Positions 17,956 to 28,077 of a stretch of 41,577 nucleotides of DNA are shown in pieces. The number at the start of each line of letters is the position of its first letter. Position 1 is the first letter of the stretch. Origin of the DNA: a virus (lineage: Duplodnaviria > Caudoviricetes); IMG/VR virus record IMGVR_UViG_3300024325_000006, positions 1-41,577 of that record. One strand, given 5' to 3'. A program made the translations under genes and the position numbers. A model generated the notes under the pieces. The model was not told the DNA's origin, searched no databases, and saw nothing but the letters and a program-made list of their open reading frames with translations.

Positions 17956-19956
17956 ATGGGATATCGAGCGTACGTTTACAATTCATGGGTTGGCGGCCAA
18001 GCTGTCGACAAGAAGATTGGTATCGGCAACTCTTTTGCCGACTCCCAAAGTTTAGACTTTCGTAAGTCTCCATCTCAGATAAGTGTTTTGCCAGGTGTTA
18101 CGAGAACAGACAGCAATGTCGTTACAGGACTTGTGCAGAATGAGGTAATGACTGAGACGGGTAGAACGTATTCAGTTGACTCTACTGGCAATGTGTATAC
18201 TTGTAGCCCTTCTGGTACTTGGAGTCTATTTGGGAACATAGGTCAGAGCGGTACGTTTGGCATTAATTATAGACAAGATCAAGACGCTATATATATACCC
18301 GGTATCACGACAGTAAGTTCAATTACTAGTGTTTCGGGCACACCTGTCCTCAATCCTGGTTTTTATGGTGAGTCACAGTCGACCTACAACAACAGTTCTG
18401 ATGCCGGTTTTAACGTAAACTCTGATCAAGCAGGCGGGGCACTGACTACAACTATCCTCACTTCATATAATGATGATGTCTCCACCCAGGAGCGCTTTTT
18501 CCAGACAGATATCCAGCCAATATCTAAAATAGGGGTCAATATAGTCACTAAGGGTACTGGTGATTGGACATTAACCGTTCATGATGGTCTCAATAAGCAA
18601 TTAGCAACTAAAACGGTTACCAGCGCTAATCTAACTGTTGGCGTCAACTACTTTGTTTTTTCTACTCCTGTTCAGGTCAATGTTGGACCAAATGCAGCCC
18701 AAACCTATCACTTTCACCTTACGAGCACTGTGGCTGACGGTACCGTATCCTCAACAGTATCTAATGACCTATCAAGTTGCGACATGCAGCTTTGGGCCAA
18801 CCGGTTAGTGGAGACCAAGAATGGCATCCATCCGCAAGTAACTTTCCAGCAGTTCGAATGCATAGGCAACGGGCGTTATTTAAGCGTCTGGGAAAACCTC
18901 GGTGAAGCAGCGCCCTCTAATTCAGCGTGGCAGCGCCAAAAACTGAGTTTTCCACCCGGGTATGAGGTTTGTGGGTTAACAGTATTTAACGAATACCTAG
19001 TGATTGCTACTGAATTTGTTACTACAAGTAATTCGGCCCAGCAAGGTATTATCTTTTATTGGGATGGTCTATCTGATACCTACAACTATTTCACTCGTAT
19101 ACCAGAGGGTAGTCCAGAATCAATACATGAATACGAGAATGCTGTCTATTATGTGGCCGGTGGTAACTGGTACATAATCACCTCTGTTGCGGCAACCCCC
19201 CAGAAGATCCGACGCCTTCCTGGATCTGAGAATGTCTACACTAGTAGCAATACACCAACTAGAGTTTATCCGAACATGGGTACTGTTCGTTATGGTATTC
19301 ACCTTCTGGGGTGGCCAAGCACAACTTCTAATACTGATATACCATATGGGGTGTATTCTTGGGGCAGTGTTGACTATTCGCAGCCAAATTCCTTCGGCTA
19401 TTCGTACATCTTAAGTACAGGCTCTCAGGCAGTAACGGGTAGCAACAACCTTACCATTGGGATGGTGAAGAATTTTGGCAATATACTTCACATCTCTTGG
19501 CGTGATGACGGTTCAGGGACACCGACCTATGGTGTGGATGTAGTGGATGCAAGCTCCAAGCCAGCGCCTTTCGCGAAGTGGGAATCACTTATATACGACG
19601 CTGGTATGGTCACCAAAGAGAAGCAGGTGAGCTACATAGAGGCTTCCTGGCTCGATATACAAGATGGAGTGAGTATTGTCCTCAAGTACTCGATAAATAG
19701 AGGCCCTTGGGTCTATTCTAGTGGTTCTACATCCAACGTAGCTGGTGGGTTTAGCAATAACAATCTCTGGCAACCAGACAATGAACCAAATTATGGGCGC
19801 TTGGATATTGGCAACAACGATGGTTCGATAGAAGAACGGTTTAACGAACTACAGGTTGGGGTAGATATATACTGCGATAGTACAGTAACAGCTCCCCCTG
19901 TTATTATTGGAGTAAGTGCCATCTTTGACCCCCTATCTACGGAGGCGCTTCAATAA
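17956..19956 (+). CDS. Tail nozzle/tubular protein
   Basis: ~667 aa, beta-propeller-like, podovirus synteny. Confidence 0.55.
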   Translation: MGYRAYVYNSWVGGQAVDKKIGIGNSFADSQSLDFRKSPSQISVLPGVTRTDSNVVTGLVQNEVMTETGRTYSVDSTGNVYTCSPSGTWSLFGNIGQSGTFGINYRQDQDAIYIPGITTVSSITSVSGTPVLNPGFYGESQSTYNNSSDAGFNVNSDQAGGALTTTILTSYNDDVSTQERFFQTDIQPISKIGVNIVTKGTGDWTLTVHDGLNKQLATKTVTSANLTVGVNYFVFSTPVQVNVGPNAAQTYHFHLTSTVADGTVSSTVSNDLSSCDMQLWANRLVETKNGIHPQVTFQQFECIGNGRYLSVWENLGEAAPSNSAWQRQKLSFPPGYEVCGLTVFNEYLVIATEFVTTSNSAQQGIIFYWDGLSDTYNYFTRIPEGSPESIHEYENAVYYVAGGNWYIITSVAATPQKIRRLPGSENVYTSSNTPTRVYPNMGTVRYGIHLLGWPSTTSNTDIPYGVYSWGSVDYSQPNSFGYSYILSTGSQAVTGSNNLTIGMVKNFGNILHISWRDDGSGTPTYGVDVVDASSKPAPFAKWESLIYDAGMVTKEKQVSYIEASWLDIQDGVSIVLKYSINRGPWVYSSGSTSNVAGGFSNNNLWQPDNEPNYGRLDIGNNDGSIEERFNELQVGVDIYCDSTVTAPPVIIGVSAIFDPLSTEALQ

Positions 19957-20504
19957 TGCCTGATATTTATACTGGTAAGTCGACAAAAAGCATTGTCGGG
20001 CCTGGTACCAATATCCCGGGGACCATCGCTACCAGTGATATATCTCGTGTTCTGCCAAGACAGATATCCACTGGAGCTTTAAGAGGAACTCAGAACGTTG
20101 GTTATGGTGGAGTTAAGATAGATGGATCCAACGATAGGATTGTGCTTGGCACTTCAGGACAGTCTGGGACTGGCACAGTAGGGAGTATTGTACTCGACGG
20201 AGCCAACAGTGAGATATCTGTCAGCAATAACATAAGTATAAATGGTGAATCAGATGCCATAATCGTCACTAATACCGACGGCTCTAAAGTTGGTATGGGC
20301 AAGATACCTGGATCCGGCGACTTTGGGTTCTTCGCTCTGGATAACCAAGGCCGTGTACTTATGAAGATCGTTGGTAGCACCCAATACGTCTATGATTATG
20401 CGAATGGTGGCGTGAATGTCATGCAGATTATGAAGTTGCCAGATGGATCGTATGGTTGGGCTGTGGCGGCAACTGGTCAAAACGTTTCGGCAGGATTTAG
20501 CTAA
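19956..20504 (+). CDS. Tail-associated protein
   Basis: Coupled, Gly-rich beta repeats. Confidence 0.55.
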   Translation: MPDIYTGKSTKSIVGPGTNIPGTIATSDISRVLPRQISTGALRGTQNVGYGGVKIDGSNDRIVLGTSGQSGTGTVGSIVLDGANSEISVSNNISINGESDAIIVTNTDGSKVGMGKIPGSGDFGFFALDNQGRVLMKIVGSTQYVYDYANGGVNVMQIMKLPDGSYGWAVAATGQNVSAGFS

Positions 20505-21226
20505 TGACTGTTACCCAGCCCAGCAAGATCAACATGGCGGTACCCCAATATAGGATAGATCAGATTATAGGTATTCATACCGGATCATTTGCAATAGCCG
20601 CTCCTACAGCAATATCCACCCCTAAAACGGCAAGTGATACTTTCCTAACAGGGTTCAATGACACCTGTCTAATCCAGGGCATTTTCTCCGTTGATGGCGG
20701 GGTATCCTGGAATGATTTTGGATCCTATAAGCCCAATCTTTCTACGCCTGCCCAACCGGTTTTGCAGACTGTTACATGCCAAGGATGGGTCACACCAACA
20801 GGTACATTTGAAGCATATGCCCAGAATTTTTATGATAATGTCCACTCCACGGGAACAGCGTATACTGTTAGCTATAAAGTAGTATTCCTGGCCAAGGATG
20901 ATCAGGGAGCCATTACTCCCATACCGACTGCTGAGCTTCTAAACTATGTATCTTCCTATAATTTCCAGAAGATATTCTTAAGTGGTAGGTTCACTAATGC
21001 TGGTACTCCAATCGTCATCGCTCATAACCTGGGATATGTCCCAAAAGTTAGGGCTTGGGGTACTTCGACATCAGTTACCCCTTACCCAACTGGCAGCATG
21101 TTATCTTATGATTGGTTTGGTGGCTCAAATTTTAATATAGAGGTCGACACTAATAATGTTACTTTTGATTCTATTACTGGGTACGGTACTGTCAATATTG
21201 ATTACCGTATTTACCTGGATAGCTAA
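20504..21226 (+). CDS. Tail-associated protein
   Basis: IAHNLGYVP motif. Confidence 0.55.
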   Translation: MTVTQPSKINMAVPQYRIDQIIGIHTGSFAIAAPTAISTPKTASDTFLTGFNDTCLIQGIFSVDGGVSWNDFGSYKPNLSTPAQPVLQTVTCQGWVTPTGTFEAYAQNFYDNVHSTGTAYTVSYKVVFLAKDDQGAITPIPTAELLNYVSSYNFQKIFLSGRFTNAGTPIVIAHNLGYVPKVRAWGTSTSVTPYPTGSMLSYDWFGGSNFNIEVDTNNVTFDSITGYGTVNIDYRIYLDS

Positions 21227-21227
21227 G

Positions 21228-21614
21228 ATGATCATACCTAAGAATCTAGCAGCAGCTGGGGGTCTGGATGGCTTTAAGAACTATCTCTCTTCCAGTTTTT
21301 CGGTGAGTGTTCCAACGCAGAGCTTAGCTGCGGGCAACTTTCTGTCCTTCACCGCCTCCACACCACTCAATAACGCCAATTCAGTATCCCAGGTCCAGAT
21401 TCAATATTCGGGCATATCGAGCAGTTATTACATAATGAATGGTCTTGTGAATACTTTCTGGAATAGTGGTCAGTATGAGATAGAATCGTACTACTATTTC
21501 GATGCTACTAACCTTAATGTCTTTAGTGTGATTGTTAACCAGACAGCTGGGTCCATAACCATACCTAATATAACAATCAACTGCCGTGGCTTTTTGTTTA
21601 TCGCGCCCTTCTAG
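21228..21614 (+). CDS. Hypothetical tail-associated protein
   Basis: ATG follows the upstream stop. Confidence 0.55.
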   Translation: MIIPKNLAAAGGLDGFKNYLSSSFSVSVPTQSLAAGNFLSFTASTPLNNANSVSQVQIQYSGISSSYYIMNGLVNTFWNSGQYEIESYYYFDATNLNVFSVIVNQTAGSITIPNITINCRGFLFIAPF

Positions 21615-21654
21615 TGGTATAATCCCAGTAGGATAGCCCTGATCAGGGCTTTTT
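21615..21654 (+). promoter_or_regulatory. Late promoter + leader terminator hairpin, copy 5
   Basis: TGGTATAAT-N6-AGGATAGCCCT-GATC-AGGGCTTTTT. Confidence 0.8.
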
Positions 21655-21671
21655 ATTATATAGAGGTATCT

Positions 21672-22493
21672 ATGCAACCAACCAACTCAGCACAGGCACT
21701 CTCGGCGCTTCAAGCGGCACAAGCGAGTGCGCAAGATCCAAATAGCATTTTGAACGCACAGCGCCAGCAATTAGGCGTGGATAATGCTCAACAAACAGTC
21801 ACAGGTCTAAGGGGAGCAATCAACAACAGTACGAAACTTTTGAGTCAAGTCGCTCCATCTGTCATGGGACGTACCGGTAGTTCGCTGGTAACCAATGCGC
21901 AAGCCAGTAAACAGATACAAAACGAACAAGCACCTATCTCCCAGAGACTTACCCAGGAAGGAACGGATTACAACCAAGCAAACTCTGACCTACAGAATCT
22001 GCAACAGCAGGCCCAACAGGCTGCTAGTGGTATTTACGCTGGCCAACAGGATAAACTCAGTTATGCTCAGAATCTCTATAATACGTTGTACCAACAGGAA
22101 CGCGACGCCCAAGCTGCAAGGCAAGCTGAAGCCGATCGGCAAGAACAGATTAGAGAGTTTAACGCTTCCCGTGCTTCTAAGTTGAGTGGGAGTGGTGGCT
22201 TCAATCTTGGTGGTGCTGTAGCGACCGCTCCTAAAGCCGTCAATCCGAACCAACCGCAGGCACAGAAAGAACTTACCGCTCTATTCAAGAGTAACAATGT
22301 CCAAAGTATTGCTGATAATATTAACGGCATTATGAAAAGCGCTAAGAACGGCAATGGCTATGATCAACTTAAGCTTCAGCTACTCGGTCAGTATGCAGAT
22401 AGCCCATATGGGAACATCATAAGCAGAGCACAACAACTACTTAAAAATAGAACTGCTCTGAAGAGTGGTGCATCTGGCGCGGGTAGGGCCTAA
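21672..22493 (+). CDS. Putative DNA ejection protein
   Basis: Gln/Ala-rich helical protein after the tail genes. Confidence 0.5.
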   Translation: MQPTNSAQALSALQAAQASAQDPNSILNAQRQQLGVDNAQQTVTGLRGAINNSTKLLSQVAPSVMGRTGSSLVTNAQASKQIQNEQAPISQRLTQEGTDYNQANSDLQNLQQQAQQAASGIYAGQQDKLSYAQNLYNTLYQQERDAQAARQAEADRQEQIREFNASRASKLSGSGGFNLGGAVATAPKAVNPNQPQAQKELTALFKSNNVQSIADNINGIMKSAKNGNGYDQLKLQLLGQYADSPYGNIISRAQQLLKNRTALKSGASGAGRA

Positions 22494-22495
22494 CC

Positions 22496-24553
22496 ATGGA
22501 CCCCGATTCATTCGCACAAATACAATCTCAGGTAGAGTCGAGCTTTAAGCCAGTTGCAACAGCTCCAAAGAGGCCCAAAGGGCCAGGCGGTATTGCTGGG
22601 TTCCTTACAAATGCTCTTCCGTCCATTGGTGGTGGTCTTGGTGCTGTTGCTGGTATCCCTCTTGACATCTTTGGTGGTGCTGGTTCTATCGCCGGAGGTG
22701 CCGTAGGCGCCGGTCTTGGTGAGACACTTAAACGGAAGATTCTTGGGGAGAAGCTGGACGCTAAACAGATTGGTATCCAAGCATTGGAGGGTGGAGCTTC
22801 GGCTGCTATTAATCCCTTTAAGTTACTTAAAGGAGCTTCTGCAGCGACAAAGTCATTTGTTAAGGGCGGCGCACAGACTGCTGGCAACCTTACCGAGGGT
22901 ACCACTGAAAAAACCGGTGGCCAATTCCTGAAAAACCTTACAACTCAAGGACAGCAAGCTCAAGGACGTGTGGCTGGGATAAGCGCCGGTAGTAAGGTGG
23001 CTGGTAAGGAACTAGCGCCTCAAGATACTGAGCGCATGCTTAATACCTTGCGAGAAGAAGGCATTAAAACAGGCAATGCCAACAATACCTTTAGAGATCT
23101 TACCGAAAAACTGCAAACATATGGCAAACAGATTGATGATCACTTTAAGGCCAACGATGCACCTCTTCATACAGATGATACGCAGCAGATCGCCAATAAT
23201 TTTTTATCTGGTCTCAAGACTACAGATCCTGGTGTTCTCAAGGAAGCCCAAATATTAGCCGATGACCTCCAAAAGAACGTAAAGAGTACAAGAGATTTGT
23301 GGAAGTTTCGCAGAACCCTAGATGGTCGCATTCCCGACTCCAAGTTTATGGATGCTGCTACAAGCAACAAGGTTACTGCATTGAAACAGATGCGACAGTA
23401 TATCAGTGATGAGCTTGGTAATGTGCCTGGTATGAAGAACTATCATGACCTATCAGAGATTAAACCCTTTATATCAGCTGAGGCAAAGAGACTTAACAAT
23501 CCTGGTGGTGGGGTTTTTGGTCGTTTACTGGCCAGCGGACCTGTACAAAAAACGGAAAATGCTATTGGCAAAGGAACAGAAACATTAGCACAAAGGCTTA
23601 GCAAAGGTGAACCACCTCCACCGATTGAAAGAGGAGTTGTAGATGAGACCCAACCATTGAAAGTTGCTTCTGCCGGTGCACCACCGCCTCCTCCAGGTGA
23701 TATACCTGATGAAGTTTTGCAATCGGCTTCTGCAGCTACCAAAACGCTACCAGAAACACCTACACCTGTTGGTACGGGTTTTTTGGGCCAAGTATTAAAA
23801 GGTGCAAAATCAGTCGCTACTCTCCCGGCGCGTATGGTCGCAGCTCCATTAGCATTTCCAGGCCAAAGTGCTGGTGCTGTGTTGAAACAAGAGGCTGCTC
23901 GGGGCTTCGGCCTACCAGCTGCCGTCGCCCAAGGGCAGCAGAATGCCAATGACCAATCTGGAACTGCCATCAACGCTGCAGATGCCCTCATAAAGTCCAA
24001 TGCAGGGAATCAACAAGCTAGTACCGATCCATTTGATCCATCTAATGTCCAAGCCAATGCTCAAGCTATTCTACAACAAGGAGGTACTCTCAAGGATGTT
24101 GGTGATTACCTTGCTACTGTAAAGGCTTACCAAGCCCTTACAACCCCTTCTGGGCAGAATCTTAATGCTTCACAGCAGCAGCAGGCCAACAACGCTATAA
24201 GTGGCCTGCAGGATATCCAGAGCTTGTCTGAGATGCTATCGAAAGACCCCAGCTTGACCTTAAAGAGTGCACTGCCAGGCGGTAGTATCACTCAACGTCT
24301 AGCTGGCACGACTGACTATGAGGCAGCAAAGAATAACATTGTTGATGTTATCTCACGTTTGCGTTCCGGAGCAGCCATTAGCGCATCTGAGGAGAAGCTG
24401 TATAAATCACTCTTGCCGGCAGCTGGTGACTCTGCCGAGAGTGCCAATAGTAAGCTGAGTCGTTTGGCTAATCTATTGAACAGTTTTGCCAATCCTCAAG
24501 GTGGTGGGGGTTCTGATGTGACTGATTTGTTGGCTAATGCAGGTGTGCAATAG
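22496..24553 (+). CDS. Putative large DNA ejection protein
   Basis: Gly-zipper hydrophobic N-terminus, 685 aa, helical. Confidence 0.55.
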   Translation: MDPDSFAQIQSQVESSFKPVATAPKRPKGPGGIAGFLTNALPSIGGGLGAVAGIPLDIFGGAGSIAGGAVGAGLGETLKRKILGEKLDAKQIGIQALEGGASAAINPFKLLKGASAATKSFVKGGAQTAGNLTEGTTEKTGGQFLKNLTTQGQQAQGRVAGISAGSKVAGKELAPQDTERMLNTLREEGIKTGNANNTFRDLTEKLQTYGKQIDDHFKANDAPLHTDDTQQIANNFLSGLKTTDPGVLKEAQILADDLQKNVKSTRDLWKFRRTLDGRIPDSKFMDAATSNKVTALKQMRQYISDELGNVPGMKNYHDLSEIKPFISAEAKRLNNPGGGVFGRLLASGPVQKTENAIGKGTETLAQRLSKGEPPPPIERGVVDETQPLKVASAGAPPPPPGDIPDEVLQSASAATKTLPETPTPVGTGFLGQVLKGAKSVATLPARMVAAPLAFPGQSAGAVLKQEAARGFGLPAAVAQGQQNANDQSGTAINAADALIKSNAGNQQASTDPFDPSNVQANAQAILQQGGTLKDVGDYLATVKAYQALTTPSGQNLNASQQQQANNAISGLQDIQSLSEMLSKDPSLTLKSALPGGSITQRLAGTTDYEAAKNNIVDVISRLRSGAAISASEEKLYKSLLPAAGDSAESANSKLSRLANLLNSFANPQGGGGSDVTDLLANAGVQ

Positions 24554-24819
24554 TGAAAATTGGGCATTTAAGACTATTGTTAACCAAAGATATACATACT
24601 CTTGAGTATGACGCTGGTTCTCAGTATAAGTTTCACCTATTTTGGGCGTGGCTGTGGTTTATGGCCATTGTAGCTATACCATTCATACCAAAAGCTTGGG
24701 GACATTCGATACCGGCGTTAATTATCCAGGAAGTTTCACTCTGGGCCAATTTTGCAACGCATTTTGGGGCCATGAGTGCGGCGTTAGCGGCTAAAAGTCA
24801 AAATAAGGAGGTTATATGA
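24553..24819 (+). CDS. Small membrane protein
   Basis: Two hydrophobic segments; coupled GTG start. Confidence 0.5.
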   Translation: MKIGHLRLLLTKDIHTLEYDAGSQYKFHLFWAWLWFMAIVAIPFIPKAWGHSIPALIIQEVSLWANFATHFGAMSAALAAKSQNKEVI

Positions 24820-25073
24820 ATACTATAAAGAAGACTGGCAGTTTTGAGGGATCCAGTAATAAGCTTGGAGGGGGTGGTCGGTTTAAACAGATGGTGGCTA
24901 GCGGGAAATCGCCAGCGCTAGCAGCATTTATATCTCGTAAGATTTATGGGAAAAAGAAGACTCAGCAGATGGCTGCGGCTGGAAAAAAGAAGTCCAAAGA
25001 CGATTCGTCTACTGTTATGACATCAAAAGTTCCCAAAGGTATAGTCGTGGGCAACCCTAAAATGGTAAAATGA
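24816..25073 (+). CDS. Small basic protein with scaffold-like C-terminal motif
   Basis: AAGGAGG RBS; Lys-rich; VPKGIVVGNP. Confidence 0.7.
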   Translation: MNTIKKTGSFEGSSNKLGGGGRFKQMVASGKSPALAAFISRKIYGKKKTQQMAAAGKKKSKDDSSTVMTSKVPKGIVVGNPKMVK

Positions 25074-25110
25074 TAGCATAATTTAAAACAGCCCGCTGGA
25101 GGGGCTGTCT

Positions 25111-25710
25111 ATGTCTATAATATCAAATTCAGGTAGATTTTCTAAAGGTTGGACAGGTACAAAAGTTTGTGTAAAGTGTAATAAAAACTTTCAAGCTAAT
25201 TCTGGTGTTCATAAGATATGTCAGGAATGTAAGAAGTGTTTGCATTGTGGCAACTACTTAATTGGTAAACCATATAATAGAAAATTGTGTAATTTGTCGT
25301 GTGCTTCAAAATGGAGATACATGAACCTCTCAGAAGTTAGAAGAAATCTTGCTGATGGAATTAAACATCCGAACCGTGGCAAAGGAATTAGTAGGTATAG
25401 AACCGGCCTACCTAGGCCAGATCATGCTGGCGAAAAGAATGCTAATTGGCGGGGTGGAACATCCGGTGAACGTCAAAAAGTTATGGCGAGCATTCCTTAT
25501 AAGCAATGGCGAAAAGCTGTTTTTGATCGTGATGATTATACTTGTCAAATATGTTTTAAGAGAGGAGGGACATTACAGGCTGACCACATAAAACCTTATG
25601 CATTATTTCCGAAACTTAGGCTTGATATAAAAAATGGTAGAACTTTGTGTAAATCTTGTCATATGAAGACTGATACATGGGGACAAAATGTATATAAATA
25701 CTCAGCTTAA
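25111..25710 (+). CDS. HNH endonuclease
   Basis: NWRGG, RDDYTCQIC, ADHIKP, NGRTLCKSCH. Confidence 0.9.
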   Translation: MSIISNSGRFSKGWTGTKVCVKCNKNFQANSGVHKICQECKKCLHCGNYLIGKPYNRKLCNLSCASKWRYMNLSEVRRNLADGIKHPNRGKGISRYRTGLPRPDHAGEKNANWRGGTSGERQKVMASIPYKQWRKAVFDRDDYTCQICFKRGGTLQADHIKPYALFPKLRLDIKNGRTLCKSCHMKTDTWGQNVYKYSA

Positions 25711-25920
25711 CAATCTGCGCGTTTCGTCTGACAAGTTTTTAGCTTGTTCAGGAAAAGCTTTGTAATAGTCCACCTGATTGCGCTGCAAGAGATCCTTACG
25801 GTGCTTCATCTTCATATTCTCACGTCGTTCCCTTGCAGCTGTTTCGTTGGGGGTTATGGTGGGGGCGTGTTCATCTGAATAGATGATCTTGTCGTTTACG
25901 ATTCGGGCTATTTTATTCAT
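25702..25920 (-). CDS. Hypothetical protein
   Basis: Coupled member of the minus-strand operon. Confidence 0.6.
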   Translation of the reverse strand: MNKIARIVNDKIIYSDEHAPTITPNETAARERRENMKMKHRKDLLQRNQVDYYKAFPEQAKNLSDETRRLLS

Positions 25921-26153
25921 AATCTACCGCCATTGAGCTTTTTCATCATTTGTTCGTGAGCGTAGATCGCCTCTGCTACCTCGTCACTAGGGTCTATGAT
26001 CGTGCTCCTAGGTGTTTCCTCAACCTTCTTATCCACCTTAGATTTTACCACTTCCGCGAGTTCCTCTACTTGTTTCTTGAGACCTCGGAGGTAGTAGCCT
26101 AGGAGGAAGGTGACTATGGAGGATAGTAGGAGGGTGGGGATTAGCCAGAACAT
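25917..26153 (-). CDS. Single-pass membrane protein
   Basis: N-terminal hydrophobic helix. Confidence 0.65.
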   Translation of the reverse strand: MFWLIPTLLLSSIVTFLLGYYLRGLKKQVEELAEVVKSKVDKKVEETPRSTIIDPSDEVAEAIYAHEQMMKKLNGGRL

Positions 26154-26160
26154 TTAGTTA

Positions 26161-26511
26161 TCAGTTATTTCTATCAATCCATTCAAGGCGTGTCATTTCT
26201 TGACCACGACCCTTTACGGGCCAAACAACTTGCGTACCTTCTGGGGCACAATCCCAAGCAGCAACAATCTCAAAGTCATTCTTGAGTATTCCTCCGATGG
26301 TAGGAATGAACTCTTTAAGTTCAATTGCTGTACTAACCCCATCTCCATCTCTGGTAAATATTGTTATCCAGCGTAATCTTCCATATAAGCTATATTGTGG
26401 TATAACTTCTGACCAATGTTGTCGTAATGCACTGATAAGCTCAACAATATCTTCGCGATCTTCGACGTCGGTATACATAAAACCGGTAGTAAGCACATGC
26501 CTCTGACTCAT
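26161..26511 (-). CDS. Hypothetical protein
   Basis: Directly follows groEL. Confidence 0.65.
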   Translation of the reverse strand: MSQRHVLTTGFMYTDVEDREDIVELISALRQHWSEVIPQYSLYGRLRWITIFTRDGDGVSTAIELKEFIPTIGGILKNDFEIVAAWDCAPEGTQVVWPVKGRGQEMTRLEWIDRNN

Positions 26512-28077
26512 CTATTTTTCCGTATTCTCAAATACTAAAGCCATCCCCACCTTAATACTCTCTGCCGCCATCCCACAGGCATGAGTGATCACTTCACGAA
26601 CTACCACATACGGATCAACCACACCCGCTTTGACCATATCCACGAGTTTATCGTCCTTCTTAAGATTGAATCCATGGCCTTTTGGAGCACGTAGGGCCTC
26701 GTCTAGCTTGAGTTCGGCTGGTAGATTGGCATTGATTAGCAGTTGTTGGAAAGTTGCTCTGAGAGCCTTCTTAGTGATGTCAGATACCTTCAGCTTGCTG
26801 AGCTCCAACAATGTAACACCACCTCCAGCAACAATTCCCTCAGCATATGCATGTCGAGTAGAGTTAATAGCATCTTCTACACGAAATTCAGTCTCTTCTC
26901 GTGTGCTATCTGTAGCACCCCCAATCTTAAAGATCGCGATTTTCCCCTCTAGCTTGGCTACCCGATCCTTGAGCTTCTCAGCAACCGCTGGTACTTCCTC
27001 CGCCTCAATCTGATCCTTAATAGTAGCCACTCGATCCGTGACCGCAACCGTCTCGTTATCCGCAAACAGTGTAGATTCTGACTTGTTAGCAATCACTTTA
27101 TCCACTGATCCAATGAACCGCACCCCAAAAGTGTTAAGACTGTGATTCTCTGTGAGCAGTTCACACCCCGCATAGATAGCGATATCCTCAAGTAAATACT
27201 TGCCAAGCTCCCCATACATAGGAGGAGTCTTGATGATCACTGCATCCAGCTGGCCAGCGTTAATGCTGTTTACGATTGTAGTGTACGCAGCGTCTTCAAT
27301 GTTACCAACGAACAGAATTCGTGGGATATTAGTCTGCATCTGTTCCTTGGTCATTCCCTTGGCTACCATGATACGATTCAGTATCTCAATAGCATCTGCG
27401 GCAGAACTTAACCGTTTGCTCGATACAACAACCCAAGGATCGATAAGCTCCTTTTTTCCGGCCTGCAACGCAGTAAAACCAGACTGGAGGTAGTATCCGT
27501 CGACATACTCACGCTCTATCTCTGTGATGGGCGCTTTCTCGGTTAGAATACCGCCGTCTTCACCTACGTATAGAATAGCCTCAGCGATGAGCTGACCAAG
27601 CAACGGATCGCCCGAGGATACCGTAGCTACTTCCTTAAGCTGTTCGTCTTTTACAGGGATGACAAGCTTTTTCAGCTCGTCAAGGAGGATATAGCTATCT
27701 TTCTTGATGGTTTCGCTTACGTCCATGGGGTGTTGACCAGAGGCAATGGCTTGTACAGCGTTTTTGAGCAGGTTGTAGGTCAGAACTACCGTGGCACTTG
27801 AACCATCCCCAGACACATTATTAGCTGCTCTTGAGGCTTCTGCGAGCGCCTGAGCACCCATATTCTTAGGACGGTCTGAGAAGAACACCTGCTCTACGAT
27901 GGTCACTCCATCTCTCGTATACGTCGGCCTCCCAAAACCACGCTCAAGCAGAACGTTCTTACCCTTTGGGCCATACGTGACACTTACCGCATCGTGGGCG
28001 GCTTTAGCACCTTCCATGAACTTTTGGCGTAACTCATCTTCGTAGATTAGGATGCGCCCTTCCTTAGCCTCGGCCAT
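26512..28077 (-). CDS. groEL: Group I chaperonin, divergent GroEL
   Basis: TYGPKGKNV, TRDGVT, GDGSSA (for GDGTTT), LEDIAI, RVEDA, IVAGGG, GVVDP. Confidence 0.95.
   Translation of the reverse strand: MAEAKEGRILIYEDELRQKFMEGAKAAHDAVSVTYGPKGKNVLLERGFGRPTYTRDGVTIVEQVFFSDRPKNMGAQALAEASRAANNVSGDGSSATVVLTYNLLKNAVQAIASGQHPMDVSETIKKDSYILLDELKKLVIPVKDEQLKEVATVSSGDPLLGQLIAEAILYVGEDGGILTEKAPITEIEREYVDGYYLQSGFTALQAGKKELIDPWVVVSSKRLSSAADAIEILNRIMVAKGMTKEQMQTNIPRILFVGNIEDAAYTTIVNSINAGQLDAVIIKTPPMYGELGKYLLEDIAIYAGCELLTENHSLNTFGVRFIGSVDKVIANKSESTLFADNETVAVTDRVATIKDQIEAEEVPAVAEKLKDRVAKLEGKIAIFKIGGATDSTREETEFRVEDAINSTRHAYAEGIVAGGGVTLLELSKLKVSDITKKALRATFQQLLINANLPAELKLDEALRAPKGHGFNLKKDDKLVDMVKAGVVDPYVVVREVITHACGMAAESIKVGMALVFENTEK

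Noticed and set aside
26585-27493. Plus-strand ORFs within groEL, and similar antisense ORFs inside structural genes
   Set aside because: Shadow frames of well-supported genes
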